Source: Bigelowiella natans CCMP2755
Lineage: Eukaryota; Protista; Cercozoa
DNA length: 64,000 nt
Reading direction: 5' to 3'
Assembly: GCA_000320545.1 (NCBI GenBank)
Contig: ADNK01001626.1
Location: forward strand, 1 to 64,000
The position numbers and the translations under genes are program-made. The notes below the pieces were generated by a model. It was not told the origin of the DNA, ran no database searches, and was given only the letters and a program-made list of their open reading frames with translations. Shown here piece after piece: positions 54,929-64,000 of the stretch (the stretch's first letter is position 1; each line of letters opens with the position of its first letter).

Positions 54929-55540
54929 TTATTCACCAACGTTTTTCAGTACTTGGACCTTGCGATCAACCTTTGAAAAGTTTACATTAGAGAGGCGAGC
55001 GCCAGCCAGCACTCTTTCTGGGAGATGTTCCTCTTTCTTCGCCTGTGTTGAACAAAATGGTAAACTCTCAGGTGCGTGGCAAGGCATGTGCGAAGGTTCA
55101 CAACGCGTCGCACCGTACTACGACTGGTGCTACTACCTCCAAAAGCCACACCATATCCACCTCAATGTTGACTGAATATGCGTGGGCTAGCTTAATGATA
55201 GCGTTTGCTGCGTAGGAGGAGTCCACATGGACGTCAACTTCAAGATATCTGGGGGTGGGATAAGAGGAAAACTACTGATGAGGATGAGAGTAAGACTTTC
55301 TCTGATAGCTTTTGTACAGGGATGTCGACTCACCGTGGTGAAAGATTAGGTAAACAAATCAAAGCTACTATTGTACCGCACCTGTCAGAAGAAAAGTACT
55401 TCTGTGTCACCTTCTTCCCCATTATCACAGGCGTTTCCTTGACCGCACATCGCACTATGAAAGGCCCGGTAACAACGCGCGGGATAAACTTGAAAGCTTC
55501 ATCCAGCTAACCACCAACACATACTCAGGCATGTGTAGCA

Positions 55541-55595
<55 letters not shown>

Positions 55596-58500
55596 AGAGA
55601 GAAAATCGCAGAAGGCATTTGATGCCTTTTATTGACGTATATATGATGCGTCGTGCCGTGTGCACATCCACGCTAGCACTATACCTTCATTTTGTCATCA
55701 GTTTCTGTCAGGTCTGCTCCCACTTTCCCCACACCTCCTTTCCGGTCTTGGACGTTGCGTCGAAAGACTTCCCCTCGAGAGTGTTCTCCCCTTCATCGTG
55801 TCCTATGCGCACCGATTCTGAAAGCTTTCCCGTGGCCTTTGCTTCCTCCTCCTTTTGTTTCTTGAGGGTCAATTCAACCCTTTCGATTGCATCTTGCAGC
55901 GCAAGAACGACTGCTACTTTAGAATAGCGCCCTTTATCCAATAGCTGTTGTTTGTAAGCAATAATGCCGTCCCTTAGCTGCTTCACGCTCATGAGTCCTT
56001 TGGCGTGCTGGTGTTCGTGAATCACAAGATCCACGGGAAGAAGCGAGGATGATTGTTTCGGGGGGGGGGAGGGCGATGATAAAGATATGGATGATGAAGA
56101 TGATGTTAACGAAGGGTGTGGGGCGAGTAGGCTTTGTTTGAGCAGAGTAGCGTCAAAAAGCAGTCTGTTTTCGATGCCGAGGGCTTTGATGAGCACTTCC
56201 ATTACACTCTCTTCTTCATCTGACAATTTTGTCTTGGTGGAGTTTGTGTTGTCTGCCGCCGAGGAGGAAGGGGGGCCGGGGCTTCTTGACCTGGAACGGG
56301 AGCAGGACCTCGATCGACTTCGGCGTCTCCCTCCGTTATTACTTCCTTCCTGTTTACCTTTCTTCTGCTCGGTGGAAGAAGACGGTGCTAGCAATGATGA
56401 TGACTGTGACGATGATGTTGGAGTTGCTGTGCTAGTAGTTGTAGTTGTAGTTGTTGTTGTTGTTGTTGTAGTTGTGGTAGTAATAGCGGTCGCGTCCTTG
56501 TCTTTCGAGGAAGCTGTTCCTGCCTCCCCTTCTCGTTGCGACGAAGACGGTATTGACGGGTTGGCGCTGCTCTCTCTCGAAGCGGGTCCTCTGCTTTTAG
56601 ACCTTAACCGCCTACCGGAAGGGCTGCGACTGCGCTCACGGCCACGCTGTTGCGGAGGCTAGGAGGGAGGGAGGGAGAGAGAGAGAGAGGGGAGGGGAGA
56701 AGGGCGAGAGAATAGGTAAAAACGCATGAAGAAAGTGATTTGCAACCACGTTGAATGCAAGCAAATGCTGTGGTGCAATCATCTATGCCGTCTGTCGCTG
56801 CATGTGCGCGTTTGTTCGTTGTTAACCACCTGCAGCGATGATGATATTATTCGTGGGGACGATGAGGATGTAGGCGGTCCCGACGCTACATTATCCGTTG
56901 CTGCTGGTGTTGCTGGTGCTGGCACTCCCTGCCCCCCCTTGATGGGCGTATCAAGCACTTGACTTTCGTCTTCGTCTTTGGTGTCATCAAGCATTCCGAG
57001 TGCATCGTCGATCATGTCCAACGTCACACCACCACCGCCAGCCGAAGAGTTGTTATTTTTGCTGGCGGGACCACCAGCTGCTGCTGACGTAGCCATCTGT
57101 GTGCTCGAGTGCAGCGACGCGCTGGAGCTGTGTCGTGTAATGGGCACTGCGGATGTATCGTGGGGATTCTCATCGTTGTCGTCGTTGCTGTTGCTTGCGC
57201 TACCATGCTTATCCTGAAAGGAGGAGTTCTTATGTTCACCGTAACCCCAATTCTGCTCTGAGAAGGGTGGGTTTGTTTTTGCTGCCTCCCCGTACTCGTC
57301 ATCAAGCGTTATATCACTTGGAGCAACGGCTTCGAAGTTCTTCGAATCTCCCATCTCGTTGTCCTCCTTCACAGAGGGGTAGGTGTGAAGAAGAAGAAGA
57401 AGAAGAAGAAGAAGAAGAAGGAGGAGGAGGAGGAGGAGAACGAGGAGGAGGGGAAAAACGACATGAGGTAAGGTGAAATTGAGTCAAGAAAGTTTTAAGA
57501 AAAGTGAGGAGGCGAAAGAAAGGACTGCCTCGCTTCGTTCTTCTCTCTTGATAGACACCATTAGATGACTAAATCTGGCAGAATGGGTAACTATCGATGT
57601 CTTCTTAATTCGGTGCGAATTTCGAGCTCTCATCAACTTTATGCTTTATCGTTGCTAGTCTTTCACGAACGCAATCTACTTCGATTTACCGTATCGATAA
57701 GCGCAAGCATTGCGTCTTGCTCGTCCCTAAGCCGACCTGCAATTGTGGCGCTACCCCTTCCCCCCTGCTGCAAATTCGAAGTCGATATCGTGCTGCCGCC
57801 GATTGTGCCCGCCATCGCAATGCTAGGCTTCCTCAACGCTAGATTGATTCACAGAAAAATAGAGGAAGTGGGTAAGGAAAGATAGATCTTCGTTCTTGCC
57901 TCAAACAAGCATGCCGCCAGGATGAACCCTCCTCGATTTCTCATTGACATCAGGAAGGAGCGAAAGCAAGAGAACAGAATGCGTACCAACAAAAGATTCC
58001 GGATGGTTTAGTCTTAGAAGCCGAAGGCAAGATTGCCACTGCCCTCCCTGTGTTGCATGCAAAGAAGAAGACGTTTCTACACAATGTTGGCGGATACGAG
58101 TAGATGTGATAATAACCTCAACACCAGCGTCCTCCATCGTTTGCACTTGATCGATGTTAAATATATGTCCCCGTATGTAAAGGACTGGGAGTTTGAACGG
58201 TTCGCCTTCATTGGCCTCCTCTACCTCTTTCCGCCGCTTCAGTTTTCCGGTGCACGCGGTATGTAATTGAAACCAGAACAGTAGTATTAAACAAGTATGA
58301 CAACAGCAAAGCCACCGACACAAATGGTTCATTATTTAGTGTCGCTCCTGCTAATTCGCTGATAACTATATATGCCACAGGACACCTGTGGCTCCAGATC
58401 AAGGTAGACTTTCTCATATTTAAGGCCTTTCGCAGCGAGAAGAGATTCCCATCGCCTCTCGTCCCCTGATTTTGCATAATTGGATAAAATCTACTGATGG

Positions 58501-59519
58501 TACGGGAAGATTATGATGTAGAATTTAAAAAATACTTTGACACCAGAAATGACATACGTACATATCAAATAGGAATCATACCCCCCATTTTTCTTGTACT
58601 TTTTGTCGAGCTGGTGAAGAGTTTCACGTTGTGAGCCTGGTTATACTGCTCTCCAGTTAGCCCCAGCTGCGTGCGAAGCTGACGGACTTTCGCCTCTAAA
58701 TCTCGAAGGGAGCTAAGCTGCGTATTTATCTGGCAAAATATGATGAGATGAATCAGCTTGTGACATAATGGACAAGTATTCATCATAGGGCTTCCCCTCG
58801 CAGTAAAGGATGGAAGGGAGAGTAATCGAGGGACAAAACCGTGAAACACAAAATATTTTCCCACGCACCGTGGTCGCCGACTGCTCTAAGGCCCAATGAA
58901 CATGACGAATCATTGCTACAGGTACTTTGAGGAACAATCCATTGTCTGCCTTCCGAATCTTTGATGCTGGCAATTCTGTTAAGTAATTTCCTAGTTATTA
59001 TTCATCACTAGTGCTGACGTCATGCATTTTTCCATCCAGAGAAAAGGTCTCATAAGGTGGTGCGACTCATAGAGGTTTTCTCATGCTAGTACCGTGTCCC
59101 TCCGCTAGGAGCGCATCAACACAGGCTTTCATTGCTATTTGCAGCCTGAAGTCGTAATTAACGTTCGTATAAGTTTTGCATCGATTCACAACGCAATCAT
59201 TTCTTACTCGGGCAGCCCCATTCCTTCTTCTCCGTGCAATCTAATCTCATCTAAGTTCTTCTCTGCTACAGAGTGAGCCATCTGGGCAAGCTCTAGTGCC
59301 TTTTGTGTTCGCAACAACCACGTTCGTAAGAACCAACAACTGCGTCAAAAAAAAATTAACCACGCCTCTTCCTCAACCTCCCAAACTCCCACTTATCCGC
59401 CTATCTACCTTCCTTCTGGACTCTGTAGGAGCGCTCTCATATTCGTGCTTGGCGTTTTTCAGTGCGCCGGCCTTAGCCTTTAACTGGAGACGTAGGGCTT
59501 GAGCTACCTTAGACTCCAT
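54929..59519 (-). CDS. Multidomain protein: N-terminal coiled coil, glutaredoxin/SH3BGR-like domain, disordered linker, C-terminal EDR2_C (DUF1336)-like domain
   Basis: Exons give VKLFTSSTKSTRKMG|GDERRWESLLAAKGLKYEKVYLDLEPQ|RRKEV..KLPVLYI..TMEDAG and FKFIPRVVTGPFIVRCAV..IMGKKVTQKYF..|YLEVDVHVDSS..VDMVWLLE|AKKEEHLPERVLAGARL. Confidence 0.8.
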
Positions 59520-59829
59520 TATTGAAAGGTGCTTTTCGCAAGATTTTTTCCTTGACGAATATCGCAGGGGAGGAGGTGTAAAAAACCATAGCGACATTGA
59601 AAATAGGATGTCTCTATTATAAAAATAGTTGCCTTTTGCTAAAAACGCAAATGGGCTGTCAGTCACCGTTGTTTGACTAAGAAATATGGTCCGAACACAT
59701 GGTCGTCTAATTATATAAATCCAATGCATTTTTTATCTGCGACAACGTTTATCAAGAATTTCATGTTCCCTCGCCCTCACGCGCCTTCGGTCCTCCAGTC
59801 CTCCAACTGTTGACTCCCCCGTCCAAGCG
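59520..59829. promoter_or_regulatory. Compact (310 bp) bidirectional promoter region
   Basis: Lies between divergent ATGs at 59519 (-) and 59830 (+). Confidence 0.55.
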
Positions 59830-60750
59830 ATGAGTAACAAAGGGATCGACCTAAACAACCTAGGTGATTTTGTCATCGACACCAGCGCACTCGAGGTATG
59901 TAGCTAGTAAGGAATCAGTGAACGACAAAGACATTTCGTCGTTGAGGTTAGACCTCGGTGCACGGGGAGAGAAGGAGCACAGCGCTGATTTAATTATAGC
60001 CCGAACTAAAGAAAACACAATGCCCTTTACACTGCATATATACCTCATTCATACAATTTAGGATGTCGGTGACACAAGTGGTGCGAATTCATCGGTAATT
60101 CCATGGCCACAATGCTGAAAAGTGTTCTCGTAATGGCACACTGATACTGGATTCCTCCTTTCAATTGATTCAGAGTCAGGTAGCCATGCCAACTCTGGAG
60201 GCTGATCGTAGCTCTGCCGTGAATTCTGGTACGGCTGCGGCGGCATCGGCCCAACAATGGCCTACTTCGTCGACAGGAGGACAACAGAGATCTCAACAGC
60301 AACAGCTACAAGCAAGGAGAAGACGTCAAACACCAGCTCCACAACCCGCTGGACGAAATACTACTCAAAGTAGAAGCCGCACGTTCACAACTTCATCATG
60401 CTATATCATTGAACAAAAATATGATGATTACCCTGTGTGATTACTGGCTCACATCCGTTCTCGTTTCGCAGGGAGGGGGGCAGCAGGAGCATCTAGTTCA
60501 ATGGAGGCCGCCTTGGTGTTACCACCGCATTCATTATATTGATAATTAAAGATCATGGCACGTTCTTTAGACCAACGTTATCTGATGGATAAATATACTC
60601 ATTTTTACAGAAATTCTTGTTCGATTACTCGCAATTGCGTATCGACACCCAATACAAAGATTACATGATGAAAACATCGTCTGTAATCAGGAACAGCCTC
60701 CCGAGTAATGTCCTAGCATGCGTTGCTATTTCTACCCACATTTTTGTTTT

Positions 60751-60815
<65 letters not shown>

Positions 60816-61663
60816 AAGAAACTGACTCTTAATTATTAATGTGATTGCTCATTAGGAACCCAGAGGGAAATCATGTGGAGAAAAACCAGCAGACAAAGAG
60901 CGTAATTTGTTATCCCCTCCCCCCCCCCCCACGCCTTCTATTGTGTGCCTCTTGTTGTTTGTATGGCGACACCTTCTTTCTCCGTTTATTTCTCCTGCCC
61001 CGGGGCATATCCATCCATCCACGCAATATTCAACTTGATTCTATGTACAATAGATGAGGAAATGCAACATGCACAACAGCATTCATGCGAGGTGTTATAA
61101 TTTTTTTTTGATAGGAGGCATCGTAGCTCCAGTAGCCAACCTTCTACTGCTTCTAATCCTAGTGGAACCCCCGCGACAACTGCGGTCGCTCCCAGGAACA
61201 CCCTCCCCACCGCAGCGAGCGGACAACCACAACAGCAGCAGCAGCAGCAGCAGCAGCTAAAAAGATCTATTGGCGTCGCTGCAACGGCACCGTCATTGCC
61301 GACTTCTCAAAGCAATTTACCATCGTCATCATCAATAGTAGCAAGACCAGAAACGAAGGCAGGGAGTACATTAGGTGCCACCTCCGCTGCTATACTTTCG
61401 AATCCTGGTCTTCATCAACAGCGCCAACGGCCACAATCTACCACAGCACTAGCAAGTGCAGCCGCCATACAGAAGAAGAAGCAGCAGCAAGAAGAGGACC
61501 CTCGGATGGCTATAATACGACAGAAACAGGAGAGACAGAGGAGGAAGGAAGCTGAGGAGAAGCAAGTAGAGGAGGAGCGAAAAAGAGATCAAAGACGATA
61601 TCTCGAAGATATTAAGCGATACGAGAGGAGGTTATTGTTGCATGCTTGCATTAAATATGATAA

Positions 61664-61730
<67 letters not shown>

Positions 61731-61736
61731 TTTGTA

Positions 61737-61776
<40 letters not shown>

Positions 61777-62714
61777 TCCCCCCCGTAAACACTCTCAGAG
61801 ATGGCATCTCTCACGAGGCAGTGATGCGTGAGCAGACGTTCATTAACAGCAAGACTCTAAAAGAAATACTAGACCGGCAATGTACAGACAATGGGCTGCG
61901 CGAAACGGACGAGCAGGCGGATCATTCCATCTTCGAGTGCCTAACACAGGCCGTGCAAGTAAAGCTCAATTCAGTTCTGGAGGAGATTGTGAAGATATCG
62001 AAGCATCGTCGTCATACCTCGCAAGTGGGGGGTCGGGACCAGAGTATTCGGTATAATGGCGCCCGTTATCCCATCAAAGTTTGCGAACCCAAACCGAAGC
62101 GCGTACTCGCTGTTCTGAGGAAGCAGAAAATGGAGCGCGACAACCAAGATATCGCCGAAAGGGCCGCTATTCATGCACGCACTGAATCGGAGAAGGCTTC
62201 GATGGAGGAAGATGAGCGTGAAGGCGATGAAGATGGTGGGAGAGGTGGCCTTCGTAGAAGCCTAACTGCTAGCGGTACAACGAATATTGGTCGGCAGAGT
62301 AGTGTGGGAGGCGGCGGGATTTTGCCTGGGAAAAAAACGCAAGCATATCTTTCCAAACGGTTCATGCGCCAGGGAAGCTTCAATGCAATGGATATATCCG
62401 AAGACGACAATATTGGTGGAGAGGAGGGGAAAGTGACGCGGGAAGACGTCATTGCGTATCTCCGCGAAACGCAATTTCAGAGCCCGCGGATGCGGGAGTT
62501 ACGCGAGAATGCCATTCTGTCGTTGCGCTATCAAGAACCAAAAGAGGAGCACATAAAAATGTTCAAAAGCCTTAAGAACCAGGTGGAGGCGAAAATGAGG
62601 ACGCAGTTTAGGTAATTTGAAGTAACGAATGGGCAATTGTTGTGCTTATTTGGCGAGGAAGTAGATCATATTTCTTCCTCGATTAGCAAAGAGCAGAACA
62701 TGGCCAAAATGTAG
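59830..62714 (+). CDS. TAF4: Transcription initiation factor TFIID subunit 4 (TAF4)-like
   Basis: Histone fold FINSKTLKEIL..IFECLTQAVQVKLNSVLEEIVKISKHRR and C-terminal VTREDVIAYLRE; Q/A/S-rich N-terminus; a probable last intron 62612-62686 gives ..TQFSKEQNMAKM-stop. Confidence 0.8.
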
Positions 62715-64000
62715 AAAAAAATTGTACACTTTCTTTTTCAATCATTATCGGTGCTGGATACTATACCCTTCATATCTAAGACTTCCTCTTGTATTTGTTG
62801 CATACAGAATCTTTGACTGCATTGGTGTGATGGTGGTACATGAGAGATACTACTACGTGGCCGTCGTCGATGGAGGCTTCAGAATAAATATCACAATAGA
62901 AGACAATCGCGTCACGGAAATTACGAAAGAAAAGCGTTGGATTGATAGAGCGTCAATGCGACTCTTGAAAGACGACTACGATTTGATCCGGACATCGCCA
63001 TGAAGCATGCCTGTACGGACGGTGATCATGACGTCATTAAAAATCGAACAAAAGTCCAATGAGCATGCGATTGTTGCTGATCAATCCTGTATTCACAGCG
63101 TTACATGCCAGCTAATTACAATGGCAATAGCTCTATCCAAAATTTTATTAGCATGCGCGTGTACATCGTGTCGTACAGAATCGAAAGGTTCAGTCTCGCT
63201 AGCTAGCTAGAGCGGCGTGCGCTCAACTTGCTGGGCATTATTATCACACAACATACATTCGATTTAGCTGATCCTTCATCTTTTTTATGACGCGCTAGGC
63301 TTGCAGATGCATGCGTTTTATATTTTCCGAGCCACGCGTTGTGCGTTGCAATTTTGATGCATTAAAATTATATAATTATAATCAAGGATGCTCTTGCATT
63401 ACAATTTGCTAGTAGAGGGCGGAAGGGGGATCTTCATCAAGACCATTGTTGTATTTGCTTTTACGTAGACTTTGCCTGCGAAATCCTGCACTGTCACCTC
63501 CACAAAAACCTGCAGAATTCGTTTACAATCCTTAAATGAGAACAAAAAGCCAGACGCGTAACGTTCGGGGAAACTACTGGCTTGTTTTTCAATTTTAGTC
63601 GAATCTTACGCGTCTAGATCCCGATGTGGGGGGAGTAACTTTTGCTTTCATCAGGTAAGGGACTCGTATCTGACCATCACAAATTTATCAGGTCTCTAGA
63701 ATATGTACTAATGCGCAATATCAATCTAAAGAAAATACAAATGCTTGTGCAAAATTGTTATTTTGCGTCTATTTTGCGCTACAACACGAAAGAACATAAT
63801 TACCGTGCAAGGGTTCAAATAGCGAATGTGTCTCTCTCCTGTGACGACGCTTCGCCCTAACGATGTTCGTACGCTCATAATGTTGTTGAACGGATTTTTC
63901 TCAATATTTTCATCAAATTGTTGGTATAACAGCAGGTTCTGAACATATTTATCTGCTTACCGTTGATGATACACGAAATTCCCTCTACAGCATCGATTAC

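Noticed and set aside
109-62714. Alternative genetic code or non-canonical introns
   Set aside because: The conserved genes I traced reconstruct with the standard code and GT-AG introns; at most one possible GC donor (~39597)
62722-63003. 93-aa ORF just after TAF4
   Set aside because: The candidate upstream ATG is better explained as part of the TAF4 last exon; no recognisable homology

Overview
Gene-dense nuclear DNA from an intron-rich eukaryote. GT-AG introns, a ciliary transition-zone gene, a 3R-MYB and extreme microsatellite load suggest a flagellated protist; the style resembles a chlorarachniophyte such as Bigelowiella (inference only). I reconstructed 13 spliced genes by hand: TOR (3' part), CC2D2A/MKS6, SEC63, two small hypotheticals, a ~10 kb orphan, a METTL24/FkbM-like methyltransferase, 3R-MYB, a HAD hydrolase, HSPA13/STCH, a divergent BUD31, a glutaredoxin(SH3BGR)-like + EDR2_C(DUF1336) fusion, and TAF4. 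Most six-frame ORFs are microsatellite artefacts. Best leads: (i) 0.5-1 kb TGCA/CATG/CTAG-rich islands downstream of gene 3' ends but not in head-to-head promoters, (ii) a tightly paired three-way-junction RNA in BUD31 intron 1, in a gene that has lost 5 of 9 Zn-cluster cysteines, (iii) unusual protein architectures, and (iv) microsatellite exclusion near transcription starts. Exon boundaries and counts were made by eye and are approximate.
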